A stretch of DNA of 64,000 nt from the human T2T-CHM13v2.0 reference genome, Homo sapiens (GCF_009914755.1 NC_060933.1); one strand, 5' to 3'. Counted from the stretch's first letter, positions 13,601 to 28,310 are shown. The notes: a model not told the origin generated them from the letters alone. Made by a program: numbers and translations.

Positions 13601-13821
13601 ACAATGAGAACACATGGACACAGGAAGGGGAACATCACACTCTGGGGACTGTTGTGGGATGGGGGGAGGGGGGAGGGATAGCATTAGGAGATATGCCTAA
13701 TGCTAGATGACGAGTTAGTGGGTGCAGCACACCAGCATGGCACATGTATACATATGTAACTAACCTGCACATTGTGCACATGTACCCTAAAACTTAAAGT
13801 ATAATAATAATAAAACAAAAA
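12991..13821 (+). mobile_element. Young 5'-truncated LINE-1 (L1PA2/L1PA3-like)
   Basis: Near-consensus ORF2 3' end and 3'UTR (G-rich tract, GATGACGAGTTAGTGGGTGCAG with GAG rather than the L1HS-Ta ACA), poly-A tail, candidate short TSD AAGAA (12989-12993, 13822-13826) at a TT/AAGA endonuclease-type site. Confidence 0.95.
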
Positions 13822-14410
13822 AAGAATTGTTAACAGTATTTTAAAAATTAATGCTATTTTTAAAAATATAACAGGACTCTACTGCCCCAAATAATAATTA
13901 ACAACCTAAAACCTCAAGAATAAGATTTTATTTCTTTATTTGGGTATTTGTTTGTTGGTTTGTTTCTACTGAAAATTTAACTTAGAAAGAAATTTCCCTT
14001 TGGTTATATCAGTGAAGTCTGAGCTAAGTGTTAATTAGCAGGCTAAAACCATTCTAGAATGTAGAATATTGAAAAAAAAATTGAGCTAGATGGGAAATTC
14101 TAGTCAGCCTTGGACAACAAACCTTCATTGTTTTTTTTCTAAATAAATACATTTTATTCAAATTAAGTGGAAAAGATAATTCTGGTGATCTTTTAGTTTT
14201 TTTTATGCATAATCATATTTTATAGTGGTTTATGGGAAAGGTAGAATGATTTCATGGAAAAATGCTAGTTTAGATTCTAACTAGTCATCATCTGAATCCT
14301 GGTTCTATTTCTAAGTAAGCCAGCAAGTATTCTGGTTATCAAGACAAGTGTCGTTTATAATCTAGCCTGTCTCCACCCCTACTCCTAAGGAGGGTAGTGA
14401 CTCTTGCTCA

Positions 14411-14894
14411 TGTAGGGGAGAAAAGGTAATATCTTTTCCTTGCCCATCACACCGTTAATGGCTGACATCCCTATAACAAAAGACAGATTAGAAGAAAAAA
14501 GCATAGCAAATGTATTTATTCAAGTTTTATGTGACATGGAGCCTTTAGGAATGAAAACACAAAGGCCCAGGGAAAACTGTATTTTTAATGCTTAGGTTTG
14601 ATGAAGAATAAACAGTAATATAGAAGTAGGTTTGGGCTAAAGGAGTATCATCTAATGGTAACCAATTGAGGAAAACTTAGCAAGGCCTATTTGTTCAGAT
14701 GTTTCTCTGTGTCTCTTTGTATTACTTTCTTCTGGGTATAGGAGAGGATACCTGCTACATGTGGGTTTCCAGGGGAGAAGAAAGAGTGAATTCTTTTTAT
14801 GGCTTTAAGACAGAAAAGGTGGGAAAAGATCAGAGTGACCTTTCTCTTATGCCAAAGCGCCATATCTGGGAGCGTCGTATTCTGAGCCTGCTAC
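14411..14894 (-). mobile_element. ERV1 solo LTR (MER34/LOR1/MER31 group)
   Basis: Motifs ATAACAAAAGACAGATTA...AAGTTTTATGTGACATGGAGCCTT and GCCAAAGCGCCATAT...TTCTGAGCC (antisense LTR start). Confidence 0.7.
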
Positions 14895-14949
14895 TTGCTT
14901 TTAGAGTTTGTTGCTGTTGTTTGTTTGTTTGTTTCCTGAGTGCAGATAA

Positions 14950-15338
<389 letters not shown>

Positions 15339-15894
15339 TGAGGGAGACTCTGAAGAAGGTTGGATAATTTGGGTATTTTGCAGTTACATGCTGAATATTC
15401 ATCATTCAACATAACACCCTCTTATTCCCTCTGCCCACTATGATCCCACACAAACTTTTACCATATTATTAAATTTTTACTATGCGGTAGTTAGCCTGGG
15501 AAAACTAGACCAAAGGAGTCACCAAACCAATTAAGTAGTTTTGAGGATTAAATGTGATGATGCAGGAATACCTAAAATGTGTTTGGGAACCCTAGGTCCT
15601 CAAACAAGTAATTTGAAGTCAGGAATTTTGTTTTTACTCATCTTTACATTCTCTTTAGTACCTAGGCTAGAAGTTTGAATAAAAGCAGTGTGTTTATATA
15701 TATAGGCCAAGAATGAATATTTCAAACATCTTTACAGATAAAGTAGCTATATCACTGATATATATCCAAGATGGCTTACATGTTTGACCAAGGTGATGTT
15801 TATGTGTTGTTTTTGTTTTCTTTGTTTCAGTTTACTCTCTCAGTCCACCAGATGGAAACACAGGGAACATCTCATCAGTTTCTGTCATGTTGGC

Positions 15895-16070
15895 TTAGGT
15901 ACACATGGGGTAAAGTGTGTTAGACTTGGAGTCAAGAGGCCAAAGTTCAAATTCTGTATTGACTACCTTTTACCTTTTTGACTTTGAGCTGTTAATCTAA
16001 TTTTTTCAGCTTTAATTTCTCAACTTATGAATAACTACACCTAACTCATGGAATTGTTTTGAAGTTCCAT
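15895..16070 (+). mobile_element. MIR SINE remnant
   Basis: AGACTTGGAGTCAAGAGGCCAAAGTTCAAATTCTG...CCTAACTCATGGAATTGTTTTGAAG. Confidence 0.6.
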
Positions 16071-18590
16071 GTATATGTTATGTATAATTAAGCTTCTGAC
16101 TATATTAGGATCTGGAAAATTATCCCTATATTAATTATAAAATTAAATATCTGTACCAGTCCTGGACTAGATGTTTTATTTAGATCATTACCCTTACTGG
16201 AGTTATACAAAATAACTAAAAGCTCTATATATTACTAATCAAAAGATCTGTGGCTATTAGTTCATTTATTTAATGTTGAGCACTATTATATGCCCCTCTT
16301 CTATGATTAATGAAAGTAAAAGGAAACTTAATGCAATAGATTATTTATGACTTGATAAATCTACACATTTTTGAATAGTTTTGCTATTTTGTCCAGATAA
16401 GTAGTGGAGCCAAATAATCAAGGTATCTTTCAAAGGAGCTCAACTAGTTCAATGCCTAGTTGCACAGAATCTGAACTGGTAGTGTGTTGTTAAATAGAAA
16501 TTAACATTTCAGGGAAAGAAGCTGCCAAATACCATTTCAGCTTCTTTATTTTCAGAAATGCTTCTTTTTGGCGTCTTTAGTTTTGCAACTTTAAGGCAAA
16601 TTCACACTCATTTCCCTAAAGTCAGGGTGAAATAAAATCTTTTCTGTGTATTGAAGAGTTTTGTCCTTCTCAATATCAATTAGTTTCCTGGGCTAGCCCC
16701 TGGGGAGGCAATAAGAACAATTGCAAGGAGCCTAGGAGTATAACTCAGAAGATTCAGATAATTCTCTCTTAAAAGAACTTTCCACCATAACTTTCTAAAA
16801 ATCTACATCAGTATTAGAATTATCTCAGCAGTCAATGTATGTTCCTGTTAGTATATCTGTTTTCAAGAGGGACACTATTTGGCACAAATGAAGATAACTA
16901 TAGCAGAAAATGTGGGTTTCTCTTTTGAACTATTCAAGTTATTCCAATTTTTCCAAAAAGGAGGTATTTGGAAATAAGAATACCTCTTTGTAATGGATAA
17001 CTCCCCAGAATTCCAGAACAATTTTTGATGGGGAAATGGGACTGAGAGAGAGATTTTGGAAGCCAGTGAGTGTTTAATAACGGGATTTAAATTTTGAAAT
17101 TGGATGTGACTTCATTTTTGGGCCAAGCAGATGTCATGGGTTATACTGGTTAGAAATGTATGGTTTTATGTACTAATCAGGAAAAAAAATGAAGAACTTT
17201 TCTATGTAATGTATATGAAGAAAAGATGAGTATGATAGCAATGAATGAAATAGAAACAATTACAGTCATAGATTCTTAACTTTGAATAGGACTTCCGAAT
17301 GGATAAAATTCTCGAACACTCACAATATAGCCTCTTAAGTGTTTTTCTGTTAGTCTGTACAGGTACTATTGCATTCAATTCGCAGATACCCAAGGCCATA
17401 CATCTCCAGACTTCTGCCAAATAAAGAACTTTGTTTATAGCCAGTATTTGGTAGTAGGGAAAGTCACTCTGTAGTAACCCAAAATTGAAAAGGGGCAGAA
17501 ATCATCTCTAATCCATCACAAAAGGACACTGAAAAATGTTTCCTACAAAGTTTGAAGGAATCTAAAAGTGTAAAAGAGAGCCAAATAAAAGAAGAATAAA
17601 GTAGATAACCACTATCTATAGATAAAATAAATGGCTCTTTAAATATTTTTGAGAATAAGTCCTTGTGAAAATATTTTAATGAGGTTTTAGCAGATAATTC
17701 TTCTGAAACATTCCTAGCATTAAATTTTGCCCAGTAAATGTCCTATGGAGAATTAAAATATAATTATACATAAAATAAAAGTATAAATAATGTTTCACAA
17801 CACAATTCTGTTTTGTTTGATGATATATTTGATTTATGTATACTTAAAATTATATTCAAATTTAAAAATTTTAATATCTATATTTCATATATCATCCCAT
17901 AATATATACAAATCAAATTATATCATATTCCACTTATAAGTTCTTAATTATATGTAATCTACTTAAATTTCAATAGATGTATGCTTCTTTATTAAAATTT
18001 TTTCTCACAAACCTCTTTATTTAAAAAATATTTACCTAAATGCATTTTGTTTCATTTATTACAGAACTCTTCATAATTGTAATATATTTTGGGAAATTTT
18101 ATAAACATGAACTGATCCTCTATTTCTTATTTCCTATTTTTGTATTAAATTTTATTCATCTATTAGCATTATTCTTTTTGTTTTGGTTTACCTTCGGTGA
18201 TCTTTATTTTTAGCTTTTCTATTTATTTTGTTGTATATGGAAATTGTGCAACTGGAGGCAGCTTGAACATCAAACTAATAAGATATCCATTTTAGGAACC
18301 TTCCAAAGTTGTGCGTCAGATTGTATTTATAATGATACTTTCAGTTTCTTAAAGAGAGTCACACAATTTTACAAGCTCTGGGTCTCATCAGACCTGGATT
18401 TTATCATTTGCTAACAATACACAGTTGGATTTTTTAAATAAAATCTGAAAATATTTATTTTATTTTAACAGGGGTGTTCAACACTATTATTGTTGAGATG
18501 CTTAATCTCTCTTCTGTAGTATTTTTTCACAACATTTTTTGTGTGCCTCCTTTATGTTTATTTTTTTTTGTATTGTTGTTTTTATATTGA

Positions 18591-19380
18591 TGTGGGTCAG
18601 GAAAAGCTAACTAAAAATATGGCAGGTTATAATGTGAGAAAACAGAATAAGCAACAAGGTCACTCTCACTTTCCCTTTGCCTTTCTTTCTTAAACAGTCA
18701 TAGACTTCATTCCAGGGGTGCCCACCCTATCCTCACAGGAAAGAAATGTTCCTATCTCTATAGATCCAGGGACATAGAGAAGAATCTGAATAAACAGACC
18801 TTGCTAATTCCCTCCAGTTTGTTACCCTATTTTGTCTAATGATACTTCCCCACAACTGTCCGCTCTTTATCAAACCTAAGTGTAAAAATATATAGATTTC
18901 CCTGTTTCTTTCTACCTTCATTTCTAAAGTCACTGGTGTCACATATACCTCATAGTAAGTAAATTTGCTAGTTTTTTCTTTTTTTTTTTCTTTTCTTTTT
19001 TTTTTTTTGAGACAGTCTCGCCCTGTTGCCCAGGCTGGAGTGCAATGGCGCGATCTCGCCTCACTGCAACCTCCGCCACTCGGGTTCAAACGATCTTCCT
19101 ACCTCCTCTCCGGTCGCTGAGATTACAGGCGCCTGCCATCATCCCCAGCTAATTTTTGTATTTTTAGTAGAGACAGGGTTTCACCAGGTGGGCCAAGCTG
19201 GTCTTGAACTCCTGACCTCGTGATCCGCCCATCTCGGCCTCCCAAAGTGCTGAGATTACAGGCATGAGCCACCATGCCTGGCCATTTGCTAGCTTTTTAC
19301 TTGTTAATTTGTCTTCTGTTACAGGTACCTCAGCCATGAGCCTTGTGATGGGAAAGAAAGATATTACTTTTTTCAAAAAA
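18591..19380 (+). mobile_element. ERV1 solo LTR (same MER34-like group as 14411-14894), split by an Alu
   Basis: AGGGACATAGAGAAGAATCTGAATAAACAGACCTTGCTAA matches the reverse complement of 14677-14717; sequence resumes after the Alu with TTGTTAATTTGTCTTCTGTTACAGG. Confidence 0.7.
18972..19283 (-). mobile_element. Alu SINE, AluS-like, inserted in an LTR
   Basis: Antisense Alu, TSD ATTTGCTAG (18963-18971, 19284-19292). Confidence 0.93.
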
Positions 19381-20289
19381 AATATAGACTATGTTTTATT
19401 TACATATTTCATTTTATGTTACTTTGTTCATGTCTTACAAGATTTGATAAAATATATTTTCATTATGAAAAATTATTTTATTTAAAGTTTTTATTTCTTC
19501 TGTTACATAGAATTCATTTAGGAGAGATTTTTGTTTTTAAAAAAAGGAAACAGTATTTTTGTTTCTGGTAACAATTGTATTTTAAATGATCAAATAAATT
19601 GGCATATAAATTGGCTACACATATCTAAATTCTGTGAATGTGTGTAACAGATTAGCATGCTATAAATTTTTGCCTTCTCGGCACACTTAAAAAGTTATGT
19701 TCCTTGTGCCTATTCACTTAATCTGATTAATTATATTATTTAAGTTATTTATATCTTTTTTGACATTTATTTTTTTTCTGTGAAAGGCTGTAAAGCACGT
19801 TCAGTGTTATCACTCTAATTTTACTTATGTTCAATTATTTTCCTTGTTCTAATCACTTTTCTCCAAGTATTTTGCTACAATACTTGGCGTGTACATTTAT
19901 AAACTATCATATACTCATTATAATTTATCTCTTATTTATGATGCCCCTCTTTCTCTGTTTTGAATTCCACTTTGCTTAACATTATCACTTTATTAATATA
20001 TATTTAAGAAGCCATGTTAATTTTATTCTTGTTAATGTTTCTGTTGCTTACATTCGTCAACATTTCTTTTGCTGTATCAATGATGGTTTGGTTGTTTTCA
20101 TCATCTCAGGTTATTTAGAGGATAGTATTCTGCTTCTACTTACAGGTTTTTATCATTTTGATTTTCTAAAGCCAATCTTAAACTATAGTAAGTCAAGAAT
20201 GGAAAATCTCAATCTAGATAACATAAAGCTTTCTCATCCTCCCTTCACAAAAAAGGTTTAGTAAACATAATATGAAATTTGTGACTTAC

Positions 20290-20930
20290 CTCCTAGTGGA
20301 AGGAGTATTTCCATGTAAGATTTGAAATTGTTCTGTAATGAAGAGTTGTCCCTTTCCCCACATTTATTTACTCGATAACTAATGTCAGGATTAATGTTTT
20401 GTACTTTGGTTATAGTTATATGGTACTTTATTTATTTTGTTAGTCGAATTGTTCCAGCTTTGGCCAATGAAAACTCTTTCAGGTTGGTTCCTGTGTCCTT
20501 TTGATATGGCCAAAATCTTTTGTTTTTGCATACTTCCTTACTTTCTGGTTTATCCTATTTTAATATAAAGTTAGTTGTCCTATTATTATTATATGGTAAC
20601 AGTTCTTTATATACTCTAAATATAAGTTTTATATTAGGAATATGTTTGCAAATATTTTCATCCAATTTGTGTCTTAATTTTTCATTTTCTTAATACTGGT
20701 TGTGAAGCACAAACATTTTTAAATTTAATAAAATCAAATTTAACAACTTTTTAATGGTTCACGCTTTTCGTGCCTTATTCAAAAAATGTTTACCTCAACT
20801 AAGTTCACAAGTATTTTCTTTTATGATTTTTAAAAAATAGTTTTAGATCTTATATTTAAATCAATGATCTATTTCATGTAAATGTTTATATATGATATGA
20901 GACAGAGGTCAAAGTTTATTTTTGCAGTCT
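20290..20930 (-). mobile_element. Ancient L1MC/L1ME fragments
   Basis: TTGTTCCAGCTTTGGCCAATGAAAACTCTTTCAGGTTGGTTCCTGTGTCCTTTTG and TTTGCAAATATTTTCATCCAATTTGTG motifs. Confidence 0.55.
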
Positions 20931-23620
20931 TTCTAGTGAGTAGAAACAGCTTGTAATAAAGGCACCATGTAGACTCTTCAGAAGGGTATCACCTCAGTAG
21001 TAGGACTAAAACAGTTCTACTAAAGGCTATTCTAAACCTGCTCTTAAAAGAGCTTTAAAACAAACTTCAAAAGAATCAAACTGATTCCAAGTAACTATCA
21101 GATGGCAACACCAGCCCTCTTTGAGCTTCGGGAATTCTCTGACCTCCTTCTTTTCAGTGGTTCTTTCCATGGCCTCAGATAGTTCCCTATCACACATGAA
21201 CAGATTAGCGCCCAACTACGGGCTTAAAGAGACCTCTCTTCCATCTCAAGATCTGAAGACTTTCTCCTTATAAAGGCGTCTCCTCTCTAGTATTTAGCTT
21301 TGCAAATTATAAGTTCTTGCACTGCTTAACCTCTAAGCTCTGTCTCCTCAACTTCATGAGAAATCTGGACTCTGTTTCTCCACTATGACATTGCCTGCAA
21401 ACTGCCTCCAAGCAGTCAGCTAGGGCAGTGGTAGAGCTCATCTTGTTTCTGTCGCTCTTTTCAGGAATAAATGTCCTGTTCTGTTTGCTATCCCATTTCT
21501 CAAAACTAATATTCCTTATATAGTGTCTGTTTTTCTGTTTTATAAGGTGGGAGGTAAATTTTGTCCCTGTTGATCCATAATGCCTGGAACCTAAACGTCT
21601 TTTTTACAGTGTGTTAGCACGACAACTTGTTTTGGGTAGTGTATTAGGGTGACAACTTGTGTTTTTACCCTGCACAAAACATGTTCAAAAACAGCAAAAC
21701 TCTTTTAAATGTTTATGTTATAAATAAATCAGTGATTAAATAATATATGTCTCTTTTAAAGCTAATTTTACATAGCTCCTTTTAGAAATAAAAGTTGTGC
21801 CATTCTTTCTAGATGTATACATTGTTGGATTGTTTAACTTTCAATTTAAAAAGCCTGAGATGCTTGATTATTAGAGTTAGATTCATAGTTAAATTTTATT
21901 AAAACTGTAAAAATGTCACTGCACCTGGCATATAGCCAGTTATTGAAAGAGGGAGAAAGATAATTAGGAAATGAAGGTAATGAGACAACAATTCAGGAAA
22001 AAAAGACGTTAGGACTTTGATGGGCAGTGGAAAAGAGAATTTGGGAGTTCAGCTTTAAAATAGTGAGTGAAACAAATAGTTTCAAGTAGTTATTTCCCTA
22101 TTGACTGTCAGTCCAAGACTCTTTCCTTTGTACCACGCAGCCCTCTTTCTTAATGAAAATGCTTCAAAGGGACTATTTACATTAAGTTTTTCTACAATAA
22201 ACTGACCAAGATTTGTATCATTCAAAGAACGTCAGCTCTTGCCTGAACTCAACTAAGATAGTTAAACACAAAGTAATCCATGCTATGAATAAAGACCAGA
22301 AAAATAAAATATTTGTAAAATGCCATCTTTGTTCTAACTGAAGTATTTAAGGCACTTAGTTTTTGTCACAATAGGTACTTAAAAACAGAAAGGTTGACAT
22401 AAACGTCATATTTACAGAAAGTGTAAAAGGAGACTATAACAAATAAAACCAGTAGTGATTAATACACACTACGTTGCCCATCAGCACTTATGAACACATT
22501 TATTTCATCTGTACAAGAAAGAATATTCATAGATATTCTTTTCAAATTTTACTCTGATAATTCATATGTATTTTGAATAAATCTCTTTGAAGGCTAACAT
22601 TTAATTTCCTCCAAATATTCAAGTTGATTTAACACTAGGGGAGCAGCAAGTTTATGAGGACCGAATAGTCAATATGATTTTCTAGGTATTCAGATGCTTT
22701 GTTGCAGCCTAATTATAAAAAAAATCAAATATTTCGAATATTCAAAATATGAAGAAGTTGACTGCTAAGGAATAGACTTCAAAATTACAATACATTTTCA
22801 AGTTAAGATCACCCATTTTTCATGCAAATATCTGAGGGGTTTTGGCCACAGTGCACATCACCCTAAAGGGTTATGTTTATACCCTTACTTCTAAAAGAGT
22901 CTATTTGTGTGAATGTGTGTAACGTTTTATAAGACTACTGATGATATAGATAAAAAGAAACTTAGAATACAAGAATAATGCCAAAAATTCATGCATGTTA
23001 AATATAGTATGTTATGGCCACAGAAAAAGATATACAAATTAGATTAATTGCAGGCTGTGTCTCTCATAGTAATAATAGGTTCCACTGAGTTATCTGTATT
23101 TTTCCATTTTGTTCAGAGTCATCTGAATTTGTGAGACACATAACCATAGATATAGACAAATTCTGTCTGATGTAACCTTGTTTTCCTTTATGTAAAATTA
23201 ATTAATCCATATCATTATCTTCTTGCTACAATGTATATTCCATTTTGTTTATTCATTCATATTAAACCTCCTTCGAAATAGGAATTAAGGTAACTTACAA
23301 AGATTCATGCATACCACATTATAAAAATAAATAAATGAAAGATCTGGAAGAAATAATATATAGACAATGGAAATATCAAATAAACTCAGAAGGAAAGGTA
23401 GCATCTCAACCACATGTCACATGGACATGGACACCACCCCGCCCCGCCATACACTTTGAAAGTTGTCAGAGAAAGGAATAGAAAGAGGCTTGACTTAGTT
23501 AAAAAAAATTATTATTACTGTTATTTTTACACAATTCAGGTAAAAATTCTCCATTTAAAAACTCAAAGTTTCCTCAAATTCTATTACATGACATAAACAA
23601 CTCCTAACAACGTGGTGTCA

Positions 23621-23622
<2 letters not shown>

Positions 23623-23655
<33 letters not shown>

Positions 23656-23943
23656 AGATGGAGTCTCACTCTCTCACCAGGCTGGAATGCAGTGGTGCAC
23701 TGTGATCTGGGCTCACTGCAACCTCTGCCTCCCAGGTTCAAGCGATTTTCCTGCCTCAGCCTTCCGAGTATCTGGGACTACAGGCACATGCCACCACGCC
23801 ACCAGGCCCAGCTAATTTTTGTATTTTTAGTAGAGAGGGGTTTCACCATATTGACCGGGATGGTCTCAATCCCTTGATCTCTTGATCCACCTGCCTCGGC
23901 CTCCCAATATGCTGGGATTACAGGCGGGAGCCACCATGCCAGT
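23623..23943 (-). mobile_element. Alu SINE, AluSc-like, with a ~30 nt pure poly-A tail
   Basis: Antisense Alu, TSD GTGTCACCCT on both sides. Confidence 0.93.
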
Positions 23944-25679
23944 CGTGTCACCCTCTTTTTAAGTAACATCTTCACTGTTCTTTCATGTGCAATATGATCT
24001 GGTTACCCAGAGTGTCTCTCCATTTCTCTCAATGTCATCTTCTCGCACTTCTTTGTTTTTGAATTTTTGCATGGAGAGCCAACTTCAATCTCTTTTTCTT
24101 GGTGAAATGCCATGAGACGTTTAAGAACAATTTAGTGTTTCTCCCTCTCTGAAGACTTCTCTAGGGCTAAAGAATATGTTAGTCACCTAGTTTATGTGTA
24201 CCATTAGTGTTTTATACCAATTTGTATAATAGCGTAATAGCATCTCTCAAAACCCTTCTGATAATTTCTCACATGCTTATTAGCCCCAATGCACGGAGAA
24301 GATGGAGACTATATCTTGTTCAATTCTACATTCTCAGTTCCTAGCCCATTACAAACAGACAATCTGTGAGTGTCAGATGCACAATAAATTGGCTTAATAA
24401 AGAGCTAACAGTAGAAAGGGTGAAAATTTAAGAATGAAAACAGATGAGTAAGACTAATAAAAAGACTGAGTGCCAAAATACCTCAAAGGGAATCATGATT
24501 TAAAAACATAAAAATGTGTCATTAGTTGATCTGAATTACCCTTACAATTAGTGGATTCATTTTTTAAAAACCTCACATTAACATGGATGAAATTTTGAAA
24601 TGCTTAGCATTACCAGTATAATCCATACAAAATTTCATCTAATGGGAGTTATCTTGTTAAAGAAAGTCACCTCCTTTAGTCTGCACATTGAAGACATTTT
24701 ATTTTATTACACATAGCCTTTCTTTCCGGCTGTGCTGAGCTATCATGGTCCAATTTTATTCCAGTTGCACAGTACAAAGTAGTTCCTCTAGGAGCTGCTT
24801 TTGAAGATTAAAGCATAGAAATAATTTTATTAATGCAATTTTATTTTATATAACACCACACTTCAGCAAGCCTAAATTCTTCATGAGTATCAGTATTATC
24901 TATATAGAATTCAATTTACCAGTGGTCCAATGTGAAAATGCTGTTTGCCTATCCACAAAAGTGAGTAGGTAACCTATCAGTTAATGCTTGCTGTGAAATC
25001 ATCAAAGTTTCACCAGAAACTGCAAAACTAGTGGTATCAGGGTCAGTAACATACTTCAATTGTGTCCACTTTGTATTTTACAAAGTTCTTATCCGTAATG
25101 TTATTTAGCCTTATTGCAGTTTTGTGACCCGAGAATTGTTTGCTAGTTTATTTTAAGTAAGTAAAGAAAAGAGGCTCAGAGACCTAAAAGTGACTTATCA
25201 GCGTCATGGGACAGAGGAGGGTAGATTTGGGATTGGAACTGAGGCTGTATAACCTCTGGCTCAGCAATGTTTTTTTTCTCCTGAATAATTTTCTTCTTAT
25301 TTCATCTTTGGAATGGTTTACAGAAAATTATGATGTCAGGTCAAGAGTTTAGAATAAAAGAGGTTACATAAGACACATAGGGAGCTAGAAGAAAGTCACA
25401 AGTCACTCAGAAAACATTCATTTGTGCATTGATTCTTGCAAGAAATACTGGAAAACTATTAAGGGACTTCTGCTCTACTAAGTGCTGGATTTAGCATTAG
25501 ACATACAGATTTCTACTATGTGCTAAGTAGTTTATTAGGCTCTGTAGATAACATAAAAATTGGATTTAAACCATTTTTAAATATGTAGAAATAACAATGT
25601 CTTAAAAATTCTGGTTTTAAAAAATGAAAACAAATATATTTAAATAATTGGAAAATCTAAGAATGCACATAGGAAAAGT

Positions 25680-27910
25680 ATCTTCAGAATGACATAATAA
25701 AGACCACCAGAAATCTCCATAAAAACAATGAGAAGACTTGCAAACACTGTCAAAATCAACCTTTTCATGACTTTGAAAATTAATAAAAGTCTTGCAACAA
25801 TCTGAGAAGCATTTATTCACTAAAATGACTACATCTGCTTAAGAAAAGCAAACTTTGTGGCATTATAATTTGCCCTTATATCAGTCCAAACTTCCTAGCT
25901 CTGTGGTAATCTTGTAAACCAAAAGCCACATAATCACGGTAGCTGGAAAATAAGCAGCCTAGCAGCCACTGAGGGAGTAGAACATGTTTTTAGCTCCCCA
26001 AAGGACCATTTTTCAAATATTTGTCGTTATTTGACTTGTCTGTCAACTCCTGGTAATCCTCCTCTCTTAGGACTTCTCTTTATTTGATCTGACTCAAGGT
26101 TCATTTAGTAAGAACAGTCTTTTGGTTGAAAACAATGATCATTACTTTCTTAACATCAGAGCTACCAAAGAAGGGAACAATAGTTGGGACCAATTAGTGT
26201 AACCAAAGAAGTTAGAAAGAAAATGCCTAAAAATGAGAATTAGAAGTAGATAGAGGATTTTGAAAACCTCTGACATATTTCTTGTCACATAAATGTACAA
26301 GCCTGTGTGCATTTTCAGAAAATAATTAATACTCGAATCTCATCTTTCTAGCTTACTTTGAGTTTCTTTGCACTCAGGAAGTAAAGGCTAAGGCAATGTT
26401 GTAAATGCTGGAGTGTCAGAGGCACAGCACATCATGCATGTGCAGTCTCTCGTAAAAACTAGAAAATGTATTGGTTCAAGGCATTTGAGGAAATTTCTGT
26501 CCAATTATTAGCTCATTAAGTGGACATTTCAGTAATTATAATTGACAAAGCATATGGAATTGGCAAAATTAGTTCAGGAAAGTCAATAAGAAACCAACAA
26601 CCCGAAAACAGCAACAAAAACAAACCCTAAGGAATAGAAAAGAAAGCATCCACTTTCCAGAATCACCAGATTATTTTATTTAAAATATCCTGTTTTCAAA
26701 AAAAATGAGATATGTAGAGACACATGAAAGTATAAACCAGAAAAAAAAGTTAATAAAAACTGTACCTGAGGTAACCCAGGCTTAGATTTACATGACAAAG
26801 ACTTAATTATAAATATATTCAAAGAAGTAAAACACAAAAGCTCCAATATCTAAAGAAATAAAGAAAAGCATGAGAATTACTACTCACTAAATAGAGAATA
26901 TCAGTAAAGAGACAAAAATGTTATTTAAAAAAAGAAGCAAATAGAAATTCTGGAGTAACAGATTAGAAAGGCTGAAATAGGAAATTATTAAAGGGGCTCA
27001 ATAGCAGATTTGAACTGGCTGAAGAAAGAATCAGAGAACCTGCAGATGAGTCAATTGAGATTGTCCATGCTGAGAAACAGAAAGAAAATAAAATAAAAAT
27101 AGAGACTCAGAAAAATGTGGGACATTGTCAAGCATATATACCAACACACTCATAAAAGATAAATGGAGGTGGGGTGGAGGCACAGGGAGAGAAGAGACAG
27201 AAATAACATTTTAAGTAATATGAAAAATATTTATCTACATTGAAAAAGCTCAACAACTCTAGGAAGAAAAAACTCAGAGATCCACACCATGGAAAGACAA
27301 AGAGAAAATCTTGAAAGCACTAAGAGAGAGGTGACAATTCACATACATATGACCCTCAATAACGTTAACAGATGATCAGATGATTTATCATTAGAAGCCA
27401 TGGAGATCAGAAGGAAGTAGAATTACATATTTAAAGTGCTGAAAGAAAAATAATACCAACCAAGAATTTTATGTCTAGCAAAATCATCCTTCAAAAATGA
27501 AAGAGAAATTAAAATGTACCCAGATAAACAAAGACTAAGCAAATTTGTTAGTAGCAAACCTCCCTTCCTGAAATAACAAACAGAGTCCTTCAAGTTGACA
27601 TGAAGGTCTACTAAATAATAATTTGATTCCACATGAAGATATAAGGTATACATGCATTTTTGTTTATAATTTTTCTTTTTGCTGAATGATTTTTTAAAAA
27701 CCTGCAGAAGGTAATACATATAAAACTGTGCTAAGGTGCATAGAATGTACAAATATGTAATTTGTGATTATAATATCACAAAGGACTGAGGAAGGGAGAC
27801 ACATAAGAGCAATATGGTTGTGTAATGTTCTAATTATGGTAGTATTAATCTGAACTAGACTTTTATAAATTGTTACATCCAGAGAAACCACTAAAAAAGC
27901 GATTCAAAAA
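25680..27910 (+). mobile_element. Old LINE-1 (L1M) 5' region with degenerate ORF1
   Basis: A-rich; ORF1 motifs AGCAGATTTGAACTGGCTGAAGAAAGAATCAG and ATATTTAAAGTGCTGAAAGAAAAA...CAACCAAGAATTTTATGTCTAGCAAAATCATCCTTCAAAAATGAA; boundaries approximate. Confidence 0.75.
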
Positions 27911-28026
27911 GAGTATAGATAACATCCAGTATGAATAGATATCAACGTTTTTTCAGGTAAGAATATATTGTTAAAATTCTGTATTTGCTTTTAATATATC
28001 AGGCATTGGTGATTCGAAATGATTTC

Positions 28027-28310
28027 TTTTTTTGAGATGGGGTCTCTGTTGCTCGGGCTGGAATGCAGTAGTGTGATCATAACTCACTGCATCCTTGAAC
28101 TCCAGGGCTCAGGCAATCATTCTACCCAAGCCACCAAAGTAGCTAGGACCACAGGTGCATGCCACCACACCTAGCTAATTTTTTATTTTTTGTAGATACA
28201 GTGTCTAGTTGTGTTGCCCAGGCTGGTCTCTGGCTCCTGGGCTCAAATAATCCTCCCATCTCAGCCTCCCAAAGTGCTGGGATTATACATGTGAGCCACC
28301 ACGTCTGAGC
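28027..28310 (-). mobile_element. Alu SINE, AluJ-like
   Basis: Diverged antisense Alu with J features; degenerate TSD TCGAAATGATTTC / TCAAAGTGAATTC. Confidence 0.88.

Noticed and set aside
16958-16990. Short hairpin GAGGTATT...AATACCTC
   Set aside because: An 8-bp stem is expected by chance in 64 kb.
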